Below, one piece after another: positions 24,317 through 37,515 of a stretch of DNA of 47,853 nt. The translations under genes and the position numbers were made by a program. Position 1 is the stretch's first letter; each line of letters opens with the position of its first letter. Source of the DNA: Catajapyx aquilonaris (lineage: Eukaryota); the NCBI GenBank assembly GCA_000934665.2, contig KZ538790.1:1-47853 (forward strand). Direction: 5' to 3'. The notes beneath the pieces are model-generated. The model saw only the letters and a list, made by a program, of their open reading frames with translations, was not told where the DNA came from and ran no database searches.

Positions 24317-25062
24317 CAGGGTGAGGCAAAAGTCATGGGCGGATTAAAACGACGCAGCATGACGTAATAAGTAACGAACGTTTATACGTATATATAAAAA
24401 TTACACTACACAGAGAAAGATATGCAATTTATGGATCAAGGTCCAAAAAAGTCACTTCTTGAAAACAACACCGGATACATGTCCACCTTTGCAGACAACA
24501 CATTATTCCTCCAAACGCCGGACGAAACCCTTCATAATATGCTCCAGCATGTCCAGGGAAATGTTTCTCACAGCGCGGCATGTCTTACCTGATCCTTAAG
24601 CTCAGCCAATGACTGAGGATTTGTGGCGAACACCAAACTCTTCAGGTACCCCCACATGAAGAAGTCAGGGGTGGTCAAATCCGGCGACCGTGATGGCCAA
24701 GGAATGTCCCCAAATCTCGAAATGACCCTCCCAGGAAACACTTGACTTTTAATTTGTTTGGTGTTCGCCACACATCCTCAGTCATTGGCTGATCTTAGGA
24801 TCAGATAAGACACGCCGTGAGAAACATTTCCCTGGACATGCCGGAGCGCATTATGAAGGGTTTCGTCCGGCCCTTGGAGGAATATGTGTTGCCTGCAAAG
24901 GTGGACATCTACCGGTGTTGTTTTCAAGAAGTGACTTTTTTGGACCTTGATCCATAAATGGCATATCTTTCTCTGTGTAGTGTAATTTTTTAAAATATAA
25001 TCGTTCGTTACTTACGACATGCTGCGTAGTTTTAATCCGCCCATGACTTTTGCCCCACCCTG
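24317..25062. mobile_element. Fold-back Tc1/mariner derivative made of two inverted 3' ends
   Basis: TA|CAGGGTG...CACCCTG|TA with ~300-bp inverted arms. Minus-strand transposase C-terminal motif WPSRSPDLTTPDFFMWGYLK. Confidence 0.88.
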
Positions 25063-25424
25063 TATAAAAAGGGACCATTGTAGTTGCTGAAATTAACCAG
25101 AGAAATTTCATACCATAAATATTCACAGAGGACAAGTGATTCCTTTGGACCACCCTGTAGAAGTGTAGAGTATCATGCACATTTTGTGTTACTGTAGAAT
25201 AACATCATAGCAGATAAGAAAAATGCATATCTATACACACCCACTAATCTCAGTCACAATTCACACCTGCAACAAAAAAGTACCCCATTATCATCTGTCC
25301 CTGCCCCAGATTAGATTAGCCCATCAATAAACGTCAGTGTATCCATATTTTCCTTATGCGTCACAAGAGTTGGACCCATGCAATAGCGTAAAGGAGGCAC
25401 TCAGGCAAGTGCAAAGACAGCAGG

Positions 25425-28400
25425 ATGATGCAGATCCAATGGACAGCTCTGGTGACCATCCTCCTGGCTCTGTCCATCCTAGGCATGCACTTAGACTGTC
25501 CACCAAGCTCCACTTTCAAATGCATGTCTGGATACAACCAAAATGACTGTCCTAATGGGTCCGTATGGAAGGAACAAATTACTTTGTGCAATAGCTGTCC
25601 TGGTTGTGTGCAAGACTTGGGTTAGTGACTCACTATGTATAAGAAGCTGGTTAACATTACCATATTATAAAAATAAATAAGTATGGGAGACAGGGGCACA
25701 GTGGTCCACTTTTGCACATTTGAATTTTTCTAAGAGTTCCTGTTATACCTACACCCAATATTTTCCGGCATGGTGGAGGTACTCATTGGTAATACACTTC
25801 ACTAATATATTCACAGGCAGTGCCATCCATTGGGCTTTAAAAAATTTAGAAGCTGCCCTATGCAAATGCACCACTGTATTCCGATGCCTGGGGCACAATG
25901 GTCCGGAAGTGATTGGGACCCCTAATTCACACAAAAAGTATATATTATTTTTTATAGTACATCTAACCCCTCTAAATAAATTGGAAATAATAAAAAGGGA
26001 CTTAAAATGTTACTGCAACCCGCGGACACAAGTGAAACAGCATCTCTCTCCGGAAAGTGGACCTTGTCCTGACACATCCTTTGGCACATGAACTTTATTT
26101 CATACTAGTGCCTATCAAAACCATTCGCATATAGACCTATGGCATTAATTGCTTCACAAAGGCAAAAGTGGGCACGGTCGTCCACAAAGAGGTGCACATT
26201 TGTCCATGGACCATTGTGCCCCAGAGAGAAGCAACTTACATGATGTTATGAATCGTAGCTTCCATTGCAAATGAGGCTTTCCAAATTTCCAGCATTTATG
26301 CACAAAGGATGGCAGGCACTATTCAACAACATTTTCACATCAGGGTCATGCCCAGCATATACGCCTGGCATGGCATTTAAACTGTGAGTTAGAAGTTACT
26401 TCACTACCCTTCAAGTAGATTTCCCCTGATACAGCAGGATCACAGGCATCTCACAGGTGGCTGTCATGCTGACAGGATGCACAATAGTGACTTGTTTCAT
26501 GAGGTACCAGATGAAGGTGTATTCCGGTTTCTTATATTTTTAAAATAGAAAGGACCACTGTGCCCCGTTGACCACTGTGCCCCACTCTCCCCTACTGTTT
26601 GGGAATATAATCATTTTAACCATTTTAACAAACATCAACATAGCCAGATGATGTCAGAAATCTTTAGCTACCACCAGGCCCAAATACCATGTGAATCTAA
26701 ATCTTTTATAGACCATAATTTGTAAACCTTTGTTAACCACTTTCAGTGGTTTCAGTGCTAAGACTGTAGCATATTTTGGTCACTACATAGACTCTTGACT
26801 GCCAAAAACTTCTGGGAGGCGCTGAAACAAGGAAATATTACCTGGTACAAGGTCTGGACCATGGTCTGAGTGCTCATATATGCTCCATTTGAACTGTTCT
26901 ATTTTGAGTAATGCCAGTATCTGAGAATATGGAGTCTTTCTCCAATCATTCAAATGAGATTTCTTTGATAATTTTCCAAGCAGGCCAGACCTTTCACCAA
27001 GTTACTTGCACTAGTTTCATCTCCTACAAAATTTCCAGACTGGCAAGAATAGAGAGGGCACTCAAGATGTGAAGGAAAAGATTTGGTGGTGAGTGTTCTC
27101 GACATAAGCTAAGAAAATATGGTACTGCGGTTTGAAAAATGCTTCCATCAACATGTTAGTAAGTACCTGTGGCTGAAGATAACTTCCATCATGTGAATAT
27201 ATTGATTTTTGTCAGTTTTTACTTATTTTACATCCAAATGGTAGGCCTACTAGTTTTGGAATGCAGAGTAATATGTTCACTACTGCAGATGATTCATTTC
27301 CATTTAGACGTGCAGGATCCTTGTGATCCATTAGCACCCATCAAGTTGACCTGGGGAAAGCCAGGAGCAAATGGGGTAACTCCAATTCTAAGTAATCAGT
27401 GCAAAAATGGAACGACATGTAAGCCTTGGAATGCTGGTTGTGTGTGTCAAAAAGATTCAGGTAACTTTTTCATTGGCCCTACACACAAACAAAATCAATA
27501 AATTACTTAAATATTATGTTTCTGACAGGTATCACATCATGTTCGGACAAACTCAAAGAGTACCATCTAGGTAACCTCAAATGGAAACCAGTGTGTGATT
27601 CTGACGGCACCTTTGCTCCAAAGCAGTGCAAAGGAACTCCAGACATGGGCAGGTAAGGTTGACACTGGAAATTAATGAATGTAACATAATGTCACATTTA
27701 TTGTTACTTCAGGTGCTTTTGTGTTGATAAGGAAGGGAAACGAATATTTGGGATGGACTGGATGTCAAATGCAGATGAAATGAACTGTGGTAAGTAACAT
27801 GGTAGTGGACAGCACTGAAATTTGGCTGATTAAATGGCAGCTTGCAGCAGAAGAGTGGCAGACTTACGCAAGTCGAAGAATGATGTCACTTCACTCCATT
27901 GTGCTGCAAATGGAAACTACGAATCTTTGCAGTGTGATCAGGGCCGCTGTTTCTGCATGAACTCAACAACAGCTGAAGTCATTGGTTCACTGGTTCCACA
28001 GGAGAACTGGCAAAGCCTCCCTTGTTGTAAGTAATATGCTACAGTTTAGTTTTCACTCCATTTCAGAGAAATGTTACTATATTTCAGACAGTAGTGACAT
28101 TAATGGTGAAGAGTACTTGCGAAGGTGTGACAGCCAGTATGTGGCTCAGTCAATACTGGACAATGAGATGAAGCTTCATGGTATGACCAACACTGGAATA
28201 AACAAGGTCAATTGTGGATATGATGGTGGCTTCAATCCTGTACAATGCAGTGGAGATAGGTAGGTCTATGAAGTACAATGAGTGTGTGCTCATTCAGAAA
28301 ATCTTGTCAATAGGTGCATCTGTGAAGAGAGGGATAATACTGCATATGGGTCTTATTCTGCTGCATCTGGAGAGGCTCAAGACATGGACTGTCGTAAGTG

Positions 28401-28723
28401 CAAATCTAAATCATACACTATATTGTAAAAATATTATATCGTATGAACTCTTTTTAGACTGCGCCCAAGATGCAGCATTTTTCAGAGAGAGTCATCAGCT
28501 AGGAGCACAACTCCAATGTAAGGCCAACGGCAACTACAAGGATATGCAGCCCTCGGGAGACCAGGTTTTCTGTGTAGACAAGGATGGATTTCCAACAACA
28601 TATCCTGTTGATGCCAAATACTCTTGCTGCATAAGTGACGATGGATGCCAAAATCCTAGTATTTGTGATAAAAAGAACTTGAAACAGTGCAAGTTTTTCT
28701 ACAATAATGCATCACTCTCTTAA
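25425..28723 (+). CDS. Secreted Cys-rich protein with four thyroglobulin type-1 repeats, 417 aa, 8 exons
   Basis: Exons 25425-25620, 27308-27460, 27529-27652, 27713-27789, 27841-28026, 28088-28259, 28314-28393, 28458-28723; all GT-AG and in phase (1254 nt). Signal-peptide-like N-terminus; motifs CDSDGTFAPKQC..CFCVDKEG, CAANGNYESLQC..CFCMN, CGYDGGFNPVQC..CICEE, CKANGNY..FCVDKDG. AATAAA at 28742. Confidence 0.92.
25684..26592. mobile_element. TA-flanked MITE (pogo/Tc1-mariner-like) in intron 1 of the thyroglobulin-repeat gene
   Basis: TA|TGGGAGACAGGGGCACAGTGGTC ... GACCACTGTGCCCCACTCTCCCC|TA; internal GGGCACA(A/G)TGGTCC motifs. Confidence 0.75.
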
Positions 28724-29628
28724 GATTCCAGTGTCACATGAAATAAAAAGCCAACCCAATTTCATAAAAGCAGCAATTTGCAAAACATATGCCATAGTAT
28801 ATGAACTCAAATTGCACATCCCACCTCAAGCAGTGATGCATTTCTGTAACAGACCTTGAATACACATAGGTTACTTGCCCAAAAACTCGCTCTTTGATTT
28901 TGTTTCTCCACCCACAATGCAACTCTTTGCTCTTTTCAAGCACCAGGAAAATAAAATTGCTCTTCTCCATATATTGTGAGTTCCAGTTGAATTAGTAATA
29001 TTGTAGTGGTGAGCCATTAATTGACCCTACACCACTTATGATTAAACAGTTACTCTTAGGGGTTATCAAAAATATCAGGTGCTTCCATTAAGCTGGATGG
29101 GGCATCCTTTGTAACCACCTTCATAGCCATTGCAAGAGTTATGGTTTAGCCAGCCTAAATGGAAGTCAACCACTAATCTTGGACACCAAATAGGCTACTC
29201 CCAGTGGCAAATTACAACTCATAAATTCATTGCACTTGTGGACCGAAGGGCTGCTTCCATTCAACATATGATAAATATCAAATACATTTGATAACACCTA
29301 TGTAACTATAACCTCTTGACATCAGAAATAAAACTTCCTATAATGGTAACATGAACTTACCACCATCATGATCTGTTGCCATTGTTTATTGCCGCAGTTT
29401 ATTTTCTGGTAATTAGGGGTTGTCCACAAAGTAAGTCACTTCAATTTTTGTCTGTTTGATCCTTTCTAACCTCACTCCCGTCATACCATGCCTGACCTCT
29501 TGCAAAATGAGACCCCCCCACTGCTGCAGAAATCTCTCTGCACATAACTTTTGTTTACATCTCCTAAATTAATCTTGATTTATGTGTGGGACTTAGGAGT
29601 CATACTTGGCAACACTTGTAGAGTTATG

Positions 29629-29962
29629 CAGGGTGTTTCTTACTACCAAACCCACTCATTGGCCCAAAAGAAGTCAAAAATGTAGTAGGGAGAAAAAATG
29701 TCGAGGGACCAACCAGAAACGAGATAGATGACCAGCCTGCCCTTAGAGACACGCGGCAACACACGACACCTTTTTCTATGTGAATCTCTATGTAGAAGAA
29801 AGTGTTGTATGTGTTTGCCACATGTGTCTAAGGGCAGGCCAATGTGTGTGATGGTTCTCTTGTTACTGTTGGTCCCTTGACATTTCTCCACCATACATTT
29901 TTATCTTGCACTGGGCCAACCTACACTGCGGGCCAGGCGACATACTAGTAAGAAACACCCTC
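29629..29962. mobile_element. Mariner-type MITE
   Basis: CAGGGTGTTTCTTACTA / TAGTAAGAAACACCCTC inverted ends. Confidence 0.6.
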
Positions 29963-31155
29963 TACATGTGGGGAAAATATCATATTCCAATTTTTTGTGT
30001 TAAAGTGCCCATGACAGTCTGGATACAGTAGGAAACTTGTCCATATGGAACTTTTGCTTAGTCATAATTCAGGATATGAAATGTAACAAATTTTTGTCAA
30101 GCATAAGAAAAACCTGTATAAGAAAGAGAATTTTTGCAGATAAAGAGAATAAGCTGTAGGCTGCTCTCACTGTATTATACAACAAGATATTGTATTATAT
30201 TTATGGAGTTGAGAGACAAAATGTGGAGGAAAGAATATAGAAAGACTGATCATGATTTTGATTTGTACTTTTATGTTGTCATACATAAATGGGCTCAAAT
30301 GTACTGGTAATAAAAGCAAGTGAAATAAAAGTTTTATCAAACAACCATCTCTTCTGTAGTCAATAGTTTTTCGACAGTTACTCATCATGATGCTGCATTG
30401 TAAATGATGATGTCTGGTAAGAAAATGCATGGGCATTATAATGTAATTGCAATAATTTTTGTCATCACATGAATTTAAGACTCTATTCAGTATGTAGTAG
30501 CTACTGTACCACACACCACATTTTGTTTGATTGTTGCCACGTTACCTTGGACATTCATCTAAGTTGTTTACACATTACAACTCACACGGTTCCAGACCCA
30601 TTACATTTTCACCGAGGTATTTAGGAACCAAAGGTGCAGGTATGTACAGCACTGCCATTTTCCCGCTTTTTGAAAACATTACTTCTTCACTCGTGGTCAC
30701 ATTCTTACACTAGAATCTGGTTTGCACTCTGGAAAGTACCCTGTATAGGCTGAGGATTTATTGCTGCCAATAAACTTGCATGTAACAATAAAGGTAAATA
30801 ATCTGTCTGTTGCTACTTATTGTCAGCATGTCGGATAAGTTCATTGCACAAGAGAATGAGGGTAAATCCTAATAGAGTCAGCCTGAAAGTATGAAAGCAA
30901 ATTAAGCAAAATTATTATCTGTAAATTTGGGAAAATATAATCCGCCATTTTTATTGCATTAGTACAGAACCTTCGACGGTCACAAAACCGATTAATTGCT
31001 GCTTGGAAAAACCAAGTTGGTACTTGTAGCCTACATCCCATTTGTTTACTGTTCCATTATTATTTAAGGGCAATTTTTTGCAATATTTCATCCTTTTTTT
31101 GCATGATATCCCATCAGCTGATAGCTTTGCACTAACATCATACGCCTTCCTCACG

Positions 31156-31936
31156 ATGGAACCAGGACAATACAAACCTTACGGATGCACTCACTACATG
31201 AGAAAATGCTTCCTTCTCGTAAGTCCTTCTCACACCTGCCTATTTTTTAGCCTAAACTCAAAGTTAATCACTGTTTTGTCCCTCTGTGACGCAGCCCACC
31301 TGCTGCAGTAAGAAGTACGTGTGCCATCTGTGTCACAATCAGCGACAGTCGCACTTGATGATTCGCGAGTCTTGCTTGGTAGTCTGTAAAGCGTGCTTGT
31401 CAAAGCAACTGCCTGAGAGCAAGTGCCAAAATTGCTACATCAAATTCGGACAAGTAAGGTCCTGTCCCCATTTCACCTTATCCGAACATTGAAGTTTGTG
31501 TCTTTCAGTATTCCTGCACTACCTGCCTCCTGTACGACGACCGAGATAAAGGCCAATACCATTGTGATTTGTGTGGGTTCTGTCGCCTCGGTGGAGAAAA
31601 TAACTTCTTCCACTGCCCAAAGTGCAACGTCTGCTTGCCCATTACAATGGTGGAACATCAGGTACCAATTTCTCAACATTTGCAGATGACAGTGTGACAA
31701 TTATCTTTTGTTTTTAGTGCGTGGAGAATGCGTCCAAGACCGCATGTCCAGTGTGCTTGGAGGACGTCCACACATCTCGTATACAGGTGGCCGCGTTGAA
31801 GTGTGGTCATCTGATCCACCTCAACTGCTGGAATAAAATCAAGGAACACACACATCTCAGGCTCGAGTGCCCCATTTGCAGGGCCCAGATAACACCTTCA
31901 GAGGAACTGCAACTAATTGCAGTCAGCGCTGTCTAG
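31156..31936 (+). CDS. RCHY1: RING finger and CHY zinc-finger protein (Pirh2-like E3 ligase), 197 aa, 4 exons, no C-terminal zinc ribbon
   Basis: Exons 31156-31218, 31295-31453, 31509-31661, 31718-31936, all phase 0 and GT-AG. YGCTHYMRKC/PTCCSKKYVCHLCH (CHY), YDDRDKGQYHCDLCGFCRLGGENNFFHC (CTCHY), CPVCLED..LKCGHLIHLNC..CPIC (RING-H2). AATAAA at ~32008. Confidence 0.9.
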
Positions 31937-32061
31937 TGTGTTAACTGTTTGGGGCACTACACATCCTTTGGGATGTAACAAAATTTGTCAAATTTTAAAG
32001 TATGTTTAAATAAACAACATATCTAGGCCTAACTCTGTCATTCATTGTGATGAAAACACCA

Positions 32062-32300
32062 TTTTTAGACCTTTTCTTATCGGGAAAAAGTCTTATAGCA
32101 CAGCTCTGTCTGTCTGTGGACAGGAATCAGGCCTAAACCGCAAGAGAGAGCGATAAACGGTTTTCGGATTTGGATTCAACAGACCCTAAATAGGTTGCAA
32201 GGTCAACTTCCGGTGACCGGCCACTTCCGGGTTGACTATATCCGCCAAGGTAAAGTTACAGGCAAGTTATCGTTTAAATTATCTTGGCAGCGGCGAAATG
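32062..32300 (+). mobile_element. DINE-1/Helentron-like non-autonomous fragment
   Basis: TTTTTAGACCTTTTC..GAAAAAGTCT hairpin start followed by (CTGT)n microsatellite and ACTTCCGG motifs. Confidence 0.5.
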
Positions 32301-34771
32301 AGACTGATAACAATCAATGTCATTGTTGTATTAGAGTTGCAACAGGTGCCCCATGACCTTGGAAATGGCGATCTTGACTCGCTACTAGGTATTGTTATGG
32401 ACATTGTCAACCCCTCTCTCAACCATGCCACACATGCAGTAGTCATGGGGGTGTTGCAGTGTGGGAGGCTGCGGAGACATACAGTAAGTCCGACCCCCAG
32501 TGGTATCTTAGGTCTCTTCTGCGTGGCATCCATCAGATGGCCAGTCCTCAAGAATAGGACTTCGTCATAAGTCCTCTTTCACCATCTTGGAGATGACCTT
32601 GTGGTGCACACCTGGTGCACACCATTTCCTTTGGCCAGGACTCTTATGGACTTGCCAGGGTCATCTCCTTCGACAACTGCGATGACAAACTCCTTGCCTC
32701 TCTTGGTGATACAGCGATGGGCATGCATTTTGCGTAAGGAAAGACCTCCTGGTTCTTGCCAGCATCAGAGGTATTTTTTATCCAGTTTGGGAGCTTGAGG
32801 ATCTCCACTATCTCCTTGGGGGTCCTTTCGGTGTGTACAGCCACAATAGTAGTGGCTCTCTTGTCCTATTGGCTGGTCATGGTGCGTTTCACAATGTTGA
32901 CCATGGTGGTTTTGTAAACCAAAGAGACACAGCTTGTTGCTACACCAATTACAGTAATCTACATATTGTTGTCTTTGTAACGTTAGACTGCAAAATGTGT
33001 CCTAATATACCTGTGGCACCCTGTATATTGACAGAGAGCTCCATCTGTACCTCTTCCTTGCTGAAAAAGGCACAGATCCTAATGCTGCAAGAACATTTTC
33101 ATTCCAAGTTTTCTCACCCTCCCCCTGGATTTAGATCTGCATTATTGCAAGGAAGAGTTCCACATCAATCTGTCCACTAACTAAAGAATTCAGAAAGAAG
33201 CAGAAAAATACAATTTGTCGGCTGGGTGGTTCCATTTCAGATCAGCCAGTGAGTAAAAAAAGGTGTCAGGTCATAGTCATTGATTTTTTTGAAAAAAAAT
33301 ATATGTGAAACCCACATCCAATTGAACTCTTATGGAGCAATCAGTTTTACCAGATTAAATTTAGTTATCGAGATATTAATATTTCTTTGGAGGGGTACTG
33401 TACCAAAATCACAATCACGCGAAGACGCACTTTTTCCCGCTTTTTCCATTGCTTTCAATGAGGATATCTCGGGAACTGTTCTGAGAACCAGCATGAAATT
33501 TTAAACTCATGCTTTTGGAATAATGCACTGTCATGTAATGCATAAATTTACCTCATTTAATGGTACAGTCACCTGCAAAAAAATCACCAACCTTGCATAT
33601 TTTGGTCAAAATGCGCATATTTCGCAATTTATTACGCCGTTATGGTAAACGTGACGGTTGTGCTGATTATATTTTGTGATATACTCAGTGACCCCTTCCA
33701 GGTTATAAAATAAAATCTTCGTTGGCTCTGCGTGTAGTTGAGATATGCGAGGTGAAAATATGGCAACTAGCGAAAACCTGGTATAGATTCTTGATTATAC
33801 AAATTTATGAAAAGTGGCATGTTTGCTTTCGTTTAGTGTCTTTCAACATCCTTGCAGTTGGGTTCTTTGACTGGCGGTACCTCTTTCTACAAAAGTATGC
33901 CAATCAGACTTGAGCAAGCATGTGACCGGCCAGAGGCGCTGTGTCAGGTGGGCTACCGAAAGCCACCAACTCCCATGAGTCACCAGCAGGCAGTGTATAA
34001 AACCATCCCCTAGCTATGGAAAGGTCGAAGTCCCCCCCCCACCACCACCATACAAATACATTCCATCGACACCATCGACACCATGAGCAAATATGTCAGC
34101 TATGTAGCTGCACTGTGCAGCTACATAGCTGACGCGTTTTGGTGTCGTCAGCCATTTTCATTCCAATATGGCGGCACAATATGTGCACTTACCCCGGGTG
34201 TGCACTTCCCCCACTTCACCCTACCACATCTACACATCTTCACATAGCACTACCAAATAGCACTACCATACTGTATACCATACTGTATACAGGCAGTAAA
34301 GACACAATATTAATGCCAGTTCATACTTGCCTTCAACTGATACAGTACTGAAAATCTTCAATGGGCATCATTCATTCTGCATATGGAGAACCAATCATAA
34401 CGGCATAGGCATGTTAAAAAGCACCATATATTTCCCCACTTGAAACAATATTCTGATCAACTTAAACAGATTGTAAGTAGACAAGAAACGTGACCATTTA
34501 CACATACATCATTACTGCTTTCTTTTACCCATACTATACATAACCAGGGACTACAATCAAATATACAGCATAAAGCTTATTACATACATGGCTGCAAACC
34601 TTTCCCCTGTGAAATATAAAGCACTGCCTTTCAAGATCACATGTATCACAAGAAACAAAGGCACCTTTATATACAAGCCCATAGTGGGTAAAATTACGTA
34701 ACACTTTTTTAAATGACCAAATGTGACTGAAAGCACTCCTCCTTGTCACAAAGGGCTTTTGCATGGATATA

Positions 34772-35369
34772 CAGGTGAAATCTCGTTACAACGAAGCCCG
34801 CGGGACCGGGCAAATCTTTTCGTAATAACAGAATTTCGTTAAATCGAGACTGGTTATTTTCATTTCCCCCGCAAGTATGTCCGAATATGTCCTGGCACAC
34901 ATGTACGTCGTCATCTGCCGCTACAAAATCGTGGAAGGTAACTTCATCCGGCACTCCGGTGCTTTCAGCAACAGACCTCCACAGAGACAGGTCGTCAAGG
35001 TCATCTGAGTCTTCGGTGTCCTGGGCACTCCCCAAAACAGACACTGCCGACCCCTTGATGCAACTTTTACCCCAACATTTCACGATTGTTGACGGTGTTA
35101 CGCACGACCACACACTCGCTTATCGCTAGACAGTGCTGGAGCACGTGTGGCGGAGCATTGCGCTAGTGCATATTTCGTTATATCGGGTTCAATACTAGCC
35201 GGGGAACCACCTTTCGTACTCGTTGTACTGAAAATTTTGTACTAACGCAATTCGTATTAACAGGATTACAAATACATTGCTCTTAAGGCTGGCCAACCCA
35301 AATTTTATTTTTATTGCGTTCTATTGAAATTTCGTTTTATTGGTATTTGCTAAAACGAGATTTTACCTG
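34772..35369 (-). mobile_element. Tigger/pogo internal-deletion derivative
   Basis: TA|CAGGTGAAATCTCGTT...AACGAGATTTTACCTG|TA. Remnant WSCVTPSTIVKCWGK...VTFHDFVAADDDVHVC resembles Tigger transposase C-termini. Confidence 0.85.
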
Positions 35370-36085
35370 TACAGTATAACCAAGTAATATCGTGTTAAAT
35401 TTGCCTGCAGAGAGTGCAAGAAGGGTAGGGGTCAAGAGTCAGACATTTAGAAAGCATGTTTTCACTGGTTAACATATTGCTTAGCCAGGCCAGGCACAAA
35501 CTAGCAATGTACAAGTATCACAAGCCAGATGAATCACATTCATTCCCAATCTTACAGTATGTAAGAACTTCCTAAATCCCCAACTTCCACCCTTTCACAA
35601 GTGATGCCATGTTGAGCATCACTGATGAAGAAGAAAAATTCCAATGCTGCTAGAAACCTAGTGACACCAAGGCAATATTCGACCGAAAAGCGGGTGGAAG
35701 CGACCAATTGTGCAGGAGACCACTGTTGCTGACATTGCCAATAATGTCTTGTTGCACCTGGTCTATAAGGGTGGTAACTCCAGCTCTATCATATGAATTG
35801 TTATTAATACTGCACTAATGCCAACCCATTTTCACAAATCAACTCCCTCATATTTTTAAATATCTTACTGCGAAATAAAACATTGTTCCATGTGCTGACC
35901 CTAACAAATTGCCATTCAAATCATGCTCTGATAAAATTACAAAATGGAGTTATGATGCTGGACAAGGTAGTCAGAAAGTCATTCATAAAATTGGGAGAAG
36001 CTAAAGTTCATTCATCATTTTTACAATACTTAAATGAATATTATACCCTAGGTTATAGCAGTTGCAGTTATAGCCCATAGGATAG

Positions 36086-36502
36086 CAGTGGCGGATCTAG
36101 ACCTCATTGTTTTTTTGTTTTTTGTTTTTTTTTTTTTTTTGGGGNNNNNNNNNNNNNNNNNNNNNNNNNNNNNNNNNNNNNNNNNNNNNNNNNNNNNNNN
36201 NNNNNNNNNNNNNNNNNNNNNNNNNNNNNNNNNNNNNNNNNNNNNNNNNNNNNNNNNNNNNNNNNNNNNNNNNNNNNNNNNNNNNNNNNNNNNNNNNNNN
36301 NNNNNNNNNNNNNNNNNNNNNNNNNNNNNNNNNNNNNNNNNNNNNNNNNNNNNNNNNNNNNNNNNNNNNNNNNNNNNNNNNNNNNNNNNNNNNNNNNNNN
36401 NNNNNNNNNNNNNNNNNNNNNNNNNNNNNNNNNNNNNNNNNNNNNNNATATTGGTGATCACCCCGATCACCCCCCCCCCCCTCCCCCATAGATCCGCCAC
36501 TG
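36086..36502. mobile_element. hAT-type MITE spanning an assembly gap
   Basis: CAGTGGCGGATCTA / TAGATCCGCCACTG; 8-bp flanks TAGGATAG and TAGGATGG. Confidence 0.8.
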
Positions 36503-37515
36503 TAGGATGGCACAGATGAAAATAAGGGACCATCATGGACGGGAGATTCATTATAGTATGGTAATGAGCATGTGTCACTTTTAGCCAATCCGTCACAATA
36601 GCATGTGTAGGGGAATGGAACCCATGGAGAGAGTTTCCACACTGCAGAACATGAAGACAAGAACAAAGTACTAAATACTACTTGTCTAGTTAAGTGAGAG
36701 TCTTTGCAGTGTGCTGATGTTATGGCATTTAATAACACTGGATCAGGGGCATTGAGTCACTACTGTCACTGGTATATTTCTATCCAGTACTCCCTTCTTG
36801 TCAACAGAGTACTTGCTATTGTGATACTGATAGTCATGGCTTGCACTAATGTAAGATGTCACAATCATATGCACCTTGTTGACTTCAGTAAATGGCATAC
36901 CTCATATAAATGCTTCCTCAGTACATATTTCTCATAAATTTGCATAAGGAATCAACATAAGTGTCCATCAGATATAACTTTCTGATAAATATGTGCAGTA
37001 AAGGAACCAGAATATGAAGAGATATGACCTAGTTTGTCATGAACTCTGGCTCATTCAATCCAATGTATACAGACTATTTAAAGTAAAGTGCATTTGACTT
37101 AATTCCACAACCATTTGCAATTACACAGGCGAACAGTGATTTAGTAACATTGACCATTTTGGCTAATTCCTATGTATTTTCTTATGCTGAATCCTAATAC
37201 AAGGTTGAAATTTATCCTAAGGGATCCAATTTGTTGATAATCAACACACTTGTCTTTTTTAAAAGGCTCAATCCATATGATGTACTCCAACTAATTGCTT
37301 GTCCATTGTCTTAAAAAAAAAATTGTGCAATCACCCTAGCAGTGTTCATAGTTCAAAAAGAGTATCATTTTAGTTTCATTGTTTATTGTTTTCATTTGGT
37401 GGCCATCTTTGTTTTACAGGGCAAGGTATTTTCGCAATTTCAATGGTTTGAGGAAACAGAAATATCTCAACCCCTATTGATCTTATCATCATGGGGCGAA
37501 AAGAAATTTCAAATA

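Noticed and set aside
36048..36738. Long ORFs containing X runs (also 23224-23611)
   Set aside because: Artefacts of assembly N-gaps next to poly-G/C tracts.
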